From: Pseudomonadota bacterium
GTDB lineage: Bacteria > Desulfobacterota > Desulfobacteria > Desulfobacterales > JBDRRP01
DNA length: 45,144 nucleotides
Reading direction: 5' to 3'
Assembly (NCBI GenBank): GCA_043825735.1
Contig: JBDRRP010000134.1
Span: 1 to 45,144 of the forward strand
The notes beneath the pieces are model-generated. The model was given only the letters and a program-made list of their open reading frames with translations, was not told the DNA's origin and searched no databases. This document shows, one piece after another, positions 30,087-40,500 of the stretch (its first letter is position 1; every line of letters starts with the position of its first letter). A program made the position numbers and the translations under genes.

Positions 30087-32522
30087 ATGAACATTTTTTC
30101 GCAACCGATTGCCATGGCAGAAACCATGCTGGCCGACTCACCGGCGGGCATCCTCGTCTATGAAGGTGATACGGGGAACTGTGTGCTCGCCAACCAGGCG
30201 GTTGCGGATATGCTCGGCGAGTCCGCTGCTGAACTGCGACTCCAAAATTTCCGCGCACTTGCATCCCGGTGCCAAGCCGGCCTGGACGACCTGGCCAAAG
30301 CGATTTTGCATGGCGGATTGTCGCGGCATCATGAGGTGATGTTGCAAACCGCTTCCGGCAGGATCGTCTCGCTCGACTGCTCCATCTCCCGATTCGATTG
30401 TGAGGATAAACCGTTTCTGTTGTTTATTGTCGCGGACATCACGGCGCGCAAACCGGAGCAGGAAAAACTCGTGAAGGAGCGTTCCCTGTTGCGCTGCCTG
30501 ATCGACGCCGTCAACGACCTGATCTTTATCAAGGACCGGGACAGTGTCTATCGCGGCTGCAACAAGGCGTCCGAAACATTCATCGGCCTGCCGGAATGCG
30601 AGCAGATCGGCAAGACCGACTTTGATTTTTTCGATCGCGAGAAGGCCGCGGAGATTCAAAAGGCTGACAGACAGGTGCTTGAGGATGGCAAGCCCCTGCG
30701 CATCGAGGAGTGGGTGACCGGCCGGGATGGCCGTCGCTTGCTGATGGATACCATCAAGGCCCCTTATTACGATCCGGATGGTAAACCCCTGGGGCTTGTG
30801 GGGATTGGCCGTGACATCACGGAACGCAAGCGAGCGGAACAAGAACGTCTGGCGCATCTTGAGTTCTTTGAAAACATGGACAGGGTCAACCGGGCTATCC
30901 AGGCAAACAACGACCTGGAGCAAATGATGAGTGAAGTGCTCGGCGTGGTGCTTGCGGTCTTTGAGTGCGACCGGGCGTTTCTCATGTATCCCTGCGATCC
31001 CGAGTCACCTACTTGGAGCGTTCCCATGGAGCGCCACAAACCCGAATATCCAGGCCTTAGGGAGTTGGCGCCGGAGAAGCGAATGGACCCGCAGGTTGCG
31101 GAGACGCTTCGTATTGTGCTGACCACAGGTGGTCCGGTAAGCTTCGGTCCGGGTACGGCACATGCGCTGCATGGGGAAGTGGCGGAACAATTCGGCATTC
31201 AGTGTTTCATGTCGATGGCCCTTTACCCAAAAACCGGCGGCCCGTGGCAATTCGGGATTCATCAGTGCGCTTATGCCCTTGTCTGGTCAGCGGAGGAGGA
31301 ACGGCTCTTCCAGGAAATCGGCCGGCGCTTGGTGGACGGCCTGAGCACCCTGCTGGCACACCGCGACCTGCAGCGCAGCATGGAAAGGCTCGAGGAAGCG
31401 CAACACCTCGCCCATATCGGCAGTTGGGAATTGGATTTGATACACAACGTCCTGACCTGGTCTGATGAAATCTTTCGCATATTCGAGATCGATTCCGAAA
31501 AGTTCGGGGCTTCCTATGAGGCTTTTTTAGATACCATTCACCCCGATGACCGGGAAGCCGTTCACTTGGCCTATACCAACTCGGTTGAAACCAGAACCCC
31601 CTATGCCATCGACCACCGGCTTCTTCTTCCCGACGGCCGTATCAAATACGTCCGCGAGCAGTGTGAAACATATTATGAGGGCGATACACCCGTTCGCTCC
31701 ATTGGAACCGTTCAGGACAACACCGAGCTAAAAGCTGCCGATGAAGCGCTCCAGCGGCTCAATACGGAGCTTGACCAACAGGTCAAAAAGCGGACCGCCG
31801 AGTTGGAGACGTCGAATCGAGAGCTTGAGGCCTTCGCCTACTCGGTGTCCCATGACCTGAGAGCACCGCTGCGCCATATTGACGGCTTTATGGAATTGCT
31901 CCAAAAGAAAGAAAAAACCGCGTTGGACGACAAGAGCCGCCACTATATGGACAGCATTTCCGCCGCGGCCCAAAAAGCGGGACTGTTGATCGACGATCTG
32001 CTCTTCTTCTCCCGCATGGGGAGCCACACCCTGTCGTTCCAACCGGTGGCGCTGGGGCCCCTGGTGCGCGAGCTCATCGGCGAACTTGAGCCCGATACCG
32101 CCGGCAGGAACATCGCCTGGTGCTTCGGCGATCTGCCCACGGTGCGCGGCGATGCCCCCATGCTGAGGATGGTCCTGGCCAACCTGATCGCCAATGCGGT
32201 TAAATTCACCCGGCCCCGGGAGCAGGCCCAAATCGAAATCGGATCGCTGCCCGGACAGGCTTCCGAAACCGTGATTTTCGTGCGCGACAACGGCGTGGGC
32301 TTCGACATGGCCTATGCGGACAAGCTGTTCGGCGTGTTCCAGCGCCTGCACCGAACGGAGGAGTTCGAGGGCACCGGCATCGGGATGGCCAATGTGCGCC
32401 GCATCATCGCCCGGCACGGGGGGCGGACCTGGGCCGAAGGCATGCTGGACCAAGGTGCGACGTTTTACTTTTCTCTGGCGCACAAACTGCAATGCGGCGG
32501 GGATGAGGTGGCAGTGAAATAG
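30087..32522 (+). CDS. PAS-PAS-GAF-PAS-HisKA-HATPase kinase
   Basis: Domain motifs as named plus [13 protein letters not shown]. Start set at ATG 30087 after GAGGT; the ORF is open from 30018. Confidence 0.9.
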   Translation: MNIFSQPIAMAETMLADSPAGILVYEGDTGNCVLANQAVADMLGESAAELRLQNFRALASRCQAGLDDLAKAILHGGLSRHHEVMLQTASGRIVSLDCSISRFDCEDKPFLLFIVADITARKPEQEKLVKERSLLRCLIDAVNDLIFIKDRDSVYRGCNKASETFIGLPECEQIGKTDFDFFDREKAAEIQKADRQVLEDGKPLRIEEWVTGRDGRRLLMDTIKAPYYDPDGKPLGLVGIGRDITERKRAEQERLAHLEFFENMDRVNRAIQANNDLEQMMSEVLGVVLAVFECDRAFLMYPCDPESPTWSVPMERHKPEYPGLRELAPEKRMDPQVAETLRIVLTTGGPVSFGPGTAHALHGEVAEQFGIQCFMSMALYPKTGGPWQFGIHQCAYALVWSAEEERLFQEIGRRLVDGLSTLLAHRDLQRSMERLEEAQHLAHIGSWELDLIHNVLTWSDEIFRIFEIDSEKFGASYEAFLDTIHPDDREAVHLAYTNSVETRTPYAIDHRLLLPDGRIKYVREQCETYYEGDTPVRSIGTVQDNTELKAADEALQRLNTELDQQVKKRTAELETSNRELEAFAYSVSHDLRAPLRHIDGFMELLQKKEKTALDDKSRHYMDSISAAAQKAGLLIDDLLFFSRMGSHTLSFQPVALGPLVRELIGELEPDTAGRNIAWCFGDLPTVRGDAPMLRMVLANLIANAVKFTRPREQAQIEIGSLPGQASETVIFVRDNGVGFDMAYADKLFGVFQRLHRTEEFEGTGIGMANVRRIIARHGGRTWAEGMLDQGATFYFSLAHKLQCGGDEVAVK

Positions 32523-32627
32523 GGTAAAATAGTCTGGGCTATAAAATAAAATGGAAATCGGGTATTCTCAAAATGTTCGGTCTATCGGATAAGCTTTGTT
32601 TGCCGATAGAACGAAACGTTTACCAAA

Positions 32628-32752
32628 ATGGGAGAAGGAAGGTTTCAGAAAATAAAAGCGCAGACAGGGGATGTGGAGAGAATGCGAAAAGCATTGATAA
32701 AATCCTTTGGAAAACAAACACTTGGATCCTTGAATCCTGGAACCCTGGGACC
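32628..32752 (+). pseudogene. Degenerate 3' end of a four-helix-bundle (23S rRNA IVP-like) gene with octamer repeats
   Basis: GDVERMRKALIKS, then LENKHLDP* after a 1-nt shift. Overlaps the tandem octamers CTTGGATC-CTTGAATC-CTGGAACC-CTGGGACC (32721-32752). Family assignment is from recall. Confidence 0.5.
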
Positions 32753-32826
32753 CTTTCTCCCAACGAATTGGGAGAAGAACCAAAAGTTTTACTTTTCACC
32801 GCCACAGACACCCATAGGAGGGGGAC

Positions 32827-33279
32827 ATGCACACCATTAAGCGGATCCTGCTGGTCGAGGACGACCCCAAGGATATCGAGTTGACCCTTGCGGCGCTTGC
32901 CGAGTACAATCTGGCCAACGAAGTTGAGGTTGCCCGAGACGGGGTGGAGGCGCTGGACTATCTGCACCGGCGGGGATCATACGTGCAGCAACGTACCGGC
33001 AACCCGGTGGTGATCCTGCTCGATCTCAAAATGCCCCGGCTGGACGGCCTTCAGGTGCTGCAGCAAATCAAGGCGGACGAGCAATTGCGCCTGATCCCGG
33101 TGGTCGTCCTGACCTCGTCGCACGAATCATTCGACCTGGAGCAGTGCTACAAGCTTGGCGCCAACGCCTATGTGGTCAAACCGGTCCGCTTTATAGACTT
33201 TGTCGATGCCGTAAAGCAAACCGGTGTGTTCTGGGCGCTGCTCAACCAGTCGCCACCTGACAATGCCACCAAGAAGTGA
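32827..33279 (+). CDS. Single-domain response regulator, Rcp1/CheY-like
   Basis: ILLVEDDPKDIEL...DGVEALDYL...ILLDLKMPRLDG...IPVVVLTSS...CYKLGANAYVVKP is the Rcp1-type signature. Confidence 0.92.
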   Translation: MHTIKRILLVEDDPKDIELTLAALAEYNLANEVEVARDGVEALDYLHRRGSYVQQRTGNPVVILLDLKMPRLDGLQVLQQIKADEQLRLIPVVVLTSSHESFDLEQCYKLGANAYVVKPVRFIDFVDAVKQTGVFWALLNQSPPDNATKK

Positions 33280-33397
33280 TGCTCCTCCCGCAAAGTGGTA
33301 GGCATCAGGATGCACTCTCAAAGGGGGCTGACACCCAACTGGAGCTTTGTATTGTATGGGTTCTTTTTCAAATCAAACCCTAAAAACCGTTTTCTCG

Positions 33398-33421
33398 CGC
33401 AGAGACGCAAAGACGCAGGGA
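33398..33421. repeat. Short tandem octamer repeat
   Basis: CGCAGAGA-CGCAAAGA-CGCAGGGA in the intergenic gap. Confidence 0.45.
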
Positions 33422-33498
33422 AAACCACATGTTGTTTCCAGCTACACGGGATCAAAATCAAGAAGCAAAGGCGCACTGAGGGAAAGGAATGCTGAAGC

Positions 33499-35814
33499 AT
33501 GGAAACCTCGATCCATATTCTGCACCTGGAAGACGACCCGGCCGACGCGGAGCTCGTGCAGGCCGCGCTGGTGGAAGCCGGTCTGGCTTGCCGCGTTGAC
33601 CGTGCCCAGACGCGGGCTGAATTCGAGACCGGTCTGGGCGATAGCGGAACGGATATCATCCTGGCGGATTACAAGCTGCCGGCCTACGACGGCCTATCCG
33701 CGCTGCGCCTGGCGCAGGAGCACTGCCCCGAGATTCCGTTTATCTTTGTCTCCGGCACCATGGGTGAAGAGGCGGCCATTGAGGCGCTGACCCACGGCGC
33801 CACCGATTACGTGCTCAAACAGAATTTGGCGCGCCTGGCTACAGCGGTTCAGAGGGCGCTGCAGGAGGCGCGAATTTGGCGCGAGCGCAGACAGGCCCGG
33901 GAAGCGTTGCACAGTTCCAATGAAATGCTGAAAGCATCGGAAGCCAGATATATCGATCTCTACGACAACGCCCCGGATATGTATCTGTCGGCCGATGCCC
34001 AAACCGCAGCGATCACCACCTGCAACCAGACCCTGGCCGATACCCTGGGATACCCGAAAGCAGAGATCATTGGCCGGTCAATATATGAAATCTATCACCC
34101 GGCTTGTCTGGACCGGGCAAAACAGGCTCATACGGAGTTTCTGGAGAGGGGCGAGATCCATGACAGAGAGCTTCAATTGCGGAAAAAAGACGGCTCCAAA
34201 CTGGATGTCAGCCTGAACGTGTCGGCGGTACGTGCCAAGGACGGCGCCATTGTTTCCAGCCGGGCGACCCTGCGCGATATCACCGAGCGCAAGCAGGCGG
34301 AGGCGTCCATCCGCCAGCTCTCCCAGGCCATCGAACAGAGCCCGGTATCCATTGTCATCACCAATACTGCCGGTTCGATCGAATTTGTCAATGCCAAATT
34401 TACCCAGGTCACGGGATATGCGGTTGCCGAAGCCCTGGGCCAGAACCCCCGCATCCTGAAGTCGGGGGAAACGGCGGCCGATGAGTATGAGCGGCTTTGG
34501 AAAACCATCAGCTCGGGCGGGGTATGGCGCGGAGAATTTATCAACCGCAAAAAGAACGGCGAGCTGTTCCGGGAACAGGCGACCATCGCCCCGGTCAGAA
34601 ATGCGGACAACCTCATCACGCATTACGTAGCGGTCAAGGAGGATATCACCGAGCGCAAAAATCTCGAAGCGCAGCTCAGCCAGGCCCAGAAAATGGAGGT
34701 GGTCGGGCAGTTGGCCGGCGGCGTGGCCCATGATTTCAACAATATGCTGGGCGTGATTATCGGCTACACGGAGATGCTTCTGGAGCTGGAAGATCTGGAT
34801 GATTTGCTGCGCGAGTATCTTGACGAAATCCTGGCGGCCGGTCATCGTTCAACGGATATCACACGGCAGTTGCTGGCCTTTGCCCGCAAGCAGACCGTTG
34901 TGCCCAAGATCCTTGACCTGAACGAGACTGTCGAGCGAATGCTCAAGATGCTCCGGCGGCTTATCGGAGAGCATATCGAACTTGCCTGGCTGCCGGGGGC
35001 GAAGCTATGGCCGGTCAAAATGGATCCCTCCCAGATCGATCAGATTCTGGCCAACCTTTGCGTCAATGCCAGGGATGCCATCGCCGGGGTGGGCAACGTC
35101 ACCATCGAGACACAAACAGCCGATTTCGATGAGGTGTACTGTGCCGACCATCGGGGATTTATCCCCGGTGAGTATGTGGTGCTGGCGGTGAGTGACAACG
35201 GCAGCGGCATGGATAAACCGACGATGGACAAGATTTTCGAGCCTTTTTTCACCACCAAACCGGTCGGCAAGGGCACTGGCTTGGGGCTGGCCACGGTATA
35301 CGGCATCGTCAAGCAGAACGACGGCTTCATCAATGTGACCAGCGGGCCGGGTCATGGCTCGACCTTCAAGATTTACCTGCCCCGGTATACCGTCGCAGTC
35401 GGGCAGGCACTGGCGGCGCGGCACACCCCTTCCGGCCTGATGGGTCACGCGACCATCCTGATCGTGGAAGATGAAATCTCACATTTAACGATGGTGAAGC
35501 TGATACTTGAAGGATACGGGTATCGGGTGTTGGCCGCATCAACGCCGGATGACGCTCTCCTTATGGCCAGCGAGTACAGCGGGGGGATCCACCTGCTGCT
35601 GACCGATGTGGTCATGCCCGAAATGAACGGTCTGGCGCTTGCCAATAAGATGACCGCGCTTTTACCCGATATCTTGTGCTTGTATATGTCCGGCTACTCG
35701 GGCGACATCATCGCTCATCATGGGATTATTGAAGCGGGTGGCCATTTCATTCAAAAGCCATTTTCAAAACAGGCCCTGGCTGAAAAGGTCAGGGAGGTGC
35801 TGGCCGGCAAATGA
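33499..35814 (+). CDS. CckA-like hybrid kinase (REC-PAS-PAS-HisKA-HATPase-REC)
   Basis: ILHLEDD...[56 protein letters not shown]. Confidence 0.93.
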   Translation: METSIHILHLEDDPADAELVQAALVEAGLACRVDRAQTRAEFETGLGDSGTDIILADYKLPAYDGLSALRLAQEHCPEIPFIFVSGTMGEEAAIEALTHGATDYVLKQNLARLATAVQRALQEARIWRERRQAREALHSSNEMLKASEARYIDLYDNAPDMYLSADAQTAAITTCNQTLADTLGYPKAEIIGRSIYEIYHPACLDRAKQAHTEFLERGEIHDRELQLRKKDGSKLDVSLNVSAVRAKDGAIVSSRATLRDITERKQAEASIRQLSQAIEQSPVSIVITNTAGSIEFVNAKFTQVTGYAVAEALGQNPRILKSGETAADEYERLWKTISSGGVWRGEFINRKKNGELFREQATIAPVRNADNLITHYVAVKEDITERKNLEAQLSQAQKMEVVGQLAGGVAHDFNNMLGVIIGYTEMLLELEDLDDLLREYLDEILAAGHRSTDITRQLLAFARKQTVVPKILDLNETVERMLKMLRRLIGEHIELAWLPGAKLWPVKMDPSQIDQILANLCVNARDAIAGVGNVTIETQTADFDEVYCADHRGFIPGEYVVLAVSDNGSGMDKPTMDKIFEPFFTTKPVGKGTGLGLATVYGIVKQNDGFINVTSGPGHGSTFKIYLPRYTVAVGQALAARHTPSGLMGHATILIVEDEISHLTMVKLILEGYGYRVLAASTPDDALLMASEYSGGIHLLLTDVVMPEMNGLALANKMTALLPDILCLYMSGYSGDIIAHHGIIEAGGHFIQKPFSKQALAEKVREVLAGK

Positions 35815-35881
35815 AGTCCGCCTGAAGAGTCCCGGTCTTACCATCCGACGGTTCTGGACCAAAGCGAGGATTAAAAAGACC

Positions 35882-37279
35882 ATGGCCAACATATTGATTG
35901 TAGACGATGAGAAATTGCTCTGCGAAATGGTGAGCAAAAAACTAAGTAGTCTGGGGCACGCGAGCACCTGTGCGCATACGCTGGCCAAAGGGTTGAAAGC
36001 GGTGTCTGAATCGGCATTTGACCTGGTGCTGCTGGATGTGCATTTGCCCGATGGAAGCGGTCTTGAGGCGTTATCCAAATTCAAGTCTTCACATTCTCAA
36101 CCTGAGATAATTATCATCACCGGTGAAGGCGATCCTGGCGGCGCGGAGCTGGCCATTGAAACCGGGGCCTGGGATTATATCGAAAAACCGCTGTCCATAA
36201 GAGAAATCACCCTGCAAGTCACCCGGGCGCTGCAGTACCGCCAAGAAAAGACGGCCTTCAGACCGGCAAAACTGCTGAAAAGGGAAGGCATCATCGGCGG
36301 CGATCCCAAAATGGAAGCGTGTCTGGAGCAGGTCGTCCAATGCGCCGGAACAGACGCCCCGGTGCTGGTTGTCGGGGAAACCGGTACCGGAAAGGAGCTT
36401 TTTGCCCGGGCCGTGCATGTCAACAGCAGCCGGTCAAAGGGCCCTTTCGTGGTGCTCGATTGCACTGCGTTTCCTGAAAATCTTGTGGCCAGTATGCTTT
36501 TCGGACATCGCAAGGGGGCCTTTACCGGGGCCGATCGAACCCGCCGCGGGCTGATCCTGGAGGCAGACAAAGGAACGCTTTTCATGGACGAAGTGGGTGA
36601 ACTGCCGCTCACGATCCAGAAGTCTTTTTTACGGGTGCTTCAGGAACATCGCTTCCGTCCGGTGGGTGGACAGCAGGAGACGGTCAGCGACTTCAGGTTG
36701 GTCGCCGCCACCAATCGGGATCTTGAAAAGATGGTCCACGGCGGTCTGTTTCGAAAGGATCTCATGTACCGGCTCCGGTCCGCCATCATTCATCTGCCGC
36801 CACTGAAAGAAAGAAAGGCAGACATCTATCCACTGGCCCTGCATTACATATCCGGCTTCTGTATACGGTACTCGATGGGTGTCAAAGGGGTTTCACCGGA
36901 ATTCTTAGAGGCCCTGCAAGCTTATGCATGGCCCGGCAATGTCCGCGAATTGATCAATGCCATGGACTGTGCCATCGCCAATGCGCAAAAGCACGATGTG
37001 CTGTTTCCCATGCATCTGCCGGCAAACATCCGCATCAGCCTCAAACAGCAAACGATCCGGGCAAAGAAAGCCGCCCATGCCCCGCAAACAAAACCGATGC
37101 CAACAGATGCGTCTCTGTCCAGCTTGAAAGCGTCGCTTGAAAACGCGGAAAAACGCTATCTTGAAGCTCTCATGATCCACTCGAGCGGGGATATACAAGC
37201 GGCGTGCCGGATATCCGGCCTGTCGCGATCGGGGTTGTACGCCCGCCTGAAAAAGTACGACATCGAACGCCCTGTCTGA
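35882..37279 (+). CDS. NtrC-family sigma54-dependent response regulator (REC-AAA+-HTH)
   Basis: MANILIVDDE, GETGTGKE, GAFTGA, LFMDEVGE, WPGNVREL and a Fis-type HTH. Start set at ATG 35882. Confidence 0.95.
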   Translation: MANILIVDDEKLLCEMVSKKLSSLGHASTCAHTLAKGLKAVSESAFDLVLLDVHLPDGSGLEALSKFKSSHSQPEIIIITGEGDPGGAELAIETGAWDYIEKPLSIREITLQVTRALQYRQEKTAFRPAKLLKREGIIGGDPKMEACLEQVVQCAGTDAPVLVVGETGTGKELFARAVHVNSSRSKGPFVVLDCTAFPENLVASMLFGHRKGAFTGADRTRRGLILEADKGTLFMDEVGELPLTIQKSFLRVLQEHRFRPVGGQQETVSDFRLVAATNRDLEKMVHGGLFRKDLMYRLRSAIIHLPPLKERKADIYPLALHYISGFCIRYSMGVKGVSPEFLEALQAYAWPGNVRELINAMDCAIANAQKHDVLFPMHLPANIRISLKQQTIRAKKAAHAPQTKPMPTDASLSSLKASLENAEKRYLEALMIHSSGDIQAACRISGLSRSGLYARLKKYDIERPV

Positions 37280-37290
37280 CTTTTCGCCGC

Positions 37291-37486
37291 TCATTTTTCC
37301 GTCACGCCTGCTGTCCAAGACTTTGGACGAATTCGGCAATTCGGCCTTTTGGGGTCTATAACTCTGGACAGCCGTCTTTTTTACCAGAATGTCAATGCGC
37401 TCCTGATTACCGCCAATATTCTGTAATAAAAGACAATCCACACCCGACTGCATCTAAAAGCACCTTTGGCAGAGGATTTGCTATCT
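37291..37486 (+). promoter_or_regulatory. Sigma54 promoter cassette copy A (three enhancer-like palindromes plus -24/-12)
   Basis: GTCCA-N6-TGGAC (37313-37328), a degenerate middle box, GTCTA-N6-TGGAC (37354-37369) and TGGCAGAGGATTTGCT (37467-37482). Directly downstream of the NtrC-family gene. Confidence 0.8.
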
Positions 37487-37588
37487 TTCGTCCTGGAGCG
37501 TCGCCCTGAATTGATAAAGATTAAATCCAGGTGCCTTGAATCATCAAATTAGGATCTTGGTATGCCAAGTGAAAAAGAAGGATCCAGG

Positions 37589-40500
37589 ATGACCCCCTTG
37601 ATCAACATTGTGCATCTTGAAAATGACCCGTCCGATGCGGAGCTCGTTCGGGCCACGCTCGCTGAAGCCGGTTTGGCTTGCCGCATAACCATCGCCCAAA
37701 CGCGGGATGAGTTTGAGACCGCCCTGCGCGATGGCGGAATGGACATCATTCTGGCCGACTACCGACTGCCGGTGTATGACGGTATGTCGGCGCTGCGGCA
37801 GTCACAGGAAGTGCGGCCGGAGGTACCCTTCATCTTTGTATCCGGTACCATGGGCGAAGAGATGGCCATCGCAGCGTTGACCCGGGGTGCCGTCGATTAT
37901 GTGCTCAAAACGAATCTGTCGCGCCTCGCACCGGCTGTCCACCGAGCCTTGGCGGAAGCCCGCAACCGGCGCGAACATAGACAGGCCCAGGCGGCGCTGC
38001 AGCGCGCCAACAGGATCAATGCGGCCCGTCTCCGCCTGATGCAATTTGCCGTCACCCACACACTGGATGAGCTGCTGGAGGAGACCGTCAATGAAGCCGA
38101 GAAAGTGACCGAAAGCCTGATCGGATTCTTTCATTTTGTGGACGACGATCAGCAATCGCTGACCCTCCAGAACTGGTCCACCCGCACCAAGGCGCAGTTT
38201 TGCAAGGCCCGAGGCAAAGGGTTGCATTACCCCATCGCCGATGCGGGCGTCTGGGTGGATTGCGTCCGTGAGCGCAAGCCGGTCATCCATAACGATTACG
38301 CGTCCCTGATCCATCGCCGGGGCCTGCCCGAGGGGCATGCCGAGGTCATCCGCGAATTGGCGGTGCCGGTGATGCGGGGAGAGAAAATCAAGGCCATCCT
38401 GGGGGTGGGCAACAAGGCAACCGATTATTCGCAAAAGGACGTGCAGGCCCTGTCCCTGCTCGCCGACCTGGTCTGGGAGATCACGGAGCGCAAACAGGCG
38501 GAAACGGCACTTGCTGCGCGCGAACATGAATTTCGTACGCTGGCGGAGAATCTGCCGGACAACATCGTCCGTTACGATCGAAAAGGCCGGGCTGTTTACA
38601 TCAACCCGGTTCTCGAGAAAACCCTGGGTGTTGCCGCGGCAGACAGGATCGGCATGCGTGTCCGCGAATTCCATACCGATGGGAGTTACGAAGTCTACGC
38701 CCAAGCCGTGGACCGGGTTCTCACCAGCGGCGAGAACAGCGGATTTGAGTTTATATTACCCGCCGCGGGCAAGGCGCCGCCAGTCTATCAAATGCGCATG
38801 ATCGCCGAACGCAACGAACATGGCGAAGTGACCGGCGTACTCGCCATCAGTCGCGATATCACCGAGCGCAAACAGGCCGAGCGCGAGCGAGTGGCTACGC
38901 TCAAGTTTTTTGAAAACATGGACAGGGTCAACCGGGCCATTCAGGGTGCCGATGATTTCGAAAAAGTGATGCAGGATTTACTCGACGTCGTGCTTTCGAT
39001 CTTTGATAGCGACCGGGCGTTCCTTGTGTTCCCCTGCGATCCCGAGTCGCCAACATGGACCAGCCCCATGGAGCGCCACAAGCCGGAATATCCCGGCCTG
39101 GCGGATTTGAAGATAGAAATGCCGATGGACGCACAAATTGCAAAGAAGCATCGTATCCTGCTGTCCGCGGATGGTCCGGTAGCCTTCGGTCCGGGTGCGC
39201 CCTATGGGTTGCCCGAGGATGTGTCGAAGCAATTCGGCATTAATAGTATGCTGGCGATGGCCATTTACCCCAATACCGGCCGGCCGTGGGAATTCGGCAT
39301 CCACCAGTGCGGCTATGCCCGTGTCTGGACAGCGGAGGAGATAAGGCTGTTCGAAGCAATCGGCAGGCGTCTGGCCGACAGCCTGAGCAGCCTGCTGAGT
39401 CATCGCGACCTGTGCCAGAATGAAGAATTCCTCGATAACGTTGTGGAACACATTCCCAACATGATCTTCATAAAGGATGCCCAGACCCTTAGGTTCGTCA
39501 GATTCAACAGCGCCGGCGAACAGCTGTTGGGATACGCGCGGGAAGAACTGCTGGGGAAGAGTGATTACGACTTCTTTCCCAAAGAGGAAGCGGACTTCTT
39601 TACGGCCAAGGACCGGGAGGTTCTGGATACCCGGGCGCTTGTGGATATCCCCGAGGAGAGCATCCGCACCCGGAACAATGAGGAGCGGATTCTGCATACC
39701 CAGAAAATACCCCTTCTGGACGAAGCCGGAGCCCCGCAATACCTGCTGGGCATATCCGAGGATATTACCGAACGCAAGCAGGCGGAGGCGTCCATCCGCA
39801 AGCTCTCCCAGGCCATCGAACAGGGCCCGGTCTCCATTGTCATCACCGATGCGGCCGGTTCGATCGAATTCGTCAATGCCAAATTCACCCAGATCACGGG
39901 GTATACTTCTGCTGAGGCCCTGAATCAGAATCCCCGCTTCCTGAAGTCCGGCGAGACACCGGCCGAAGAATACAAACGGCTTTGGGAGACCATCAGTTCG
40001 GGCAGCGTCTGGCACGGAGAGTTCCACAATCGCAAAAAGAACGGCGAGATGTTCTGGGAACGGATCACCATCGCGCCGGTCAAAGACGCGGACAATGTGA
40101 TCACCAATTACGTGGCGGTCAAGGAGGATATCAGCGAGCGCAAAAAACTCGAAGAGCAGCTTCGTCAGACCCAGAAGATGGAGGCGGTCGGCCAATTGGC
40201 CGGCGGCGTGGCCCATGATTTCAACAATATGCTGGGTGTGATCATCGGCTACGCGGAGCTGGCCCTGACAAGGGCGGACCTGGATGATGCACTGCGCAAC
40301 AATCTTGAACGAATCCACGCCGCCGCTCTGCGGTCAACGGAAATTACGCGGCAGCTGCTGGGCTTTGCCCGCAAGCAGACCATTACGCCCAAGATCCTCG
40401 ACTTGAACGAGGTTGTCGAGGAGATGCTCAAACTGATCAGGCGACTTATCGGCGAGGATATCGACCTGCTCTGGCTGCCGGGGGCAACGATAGGGGCGGT

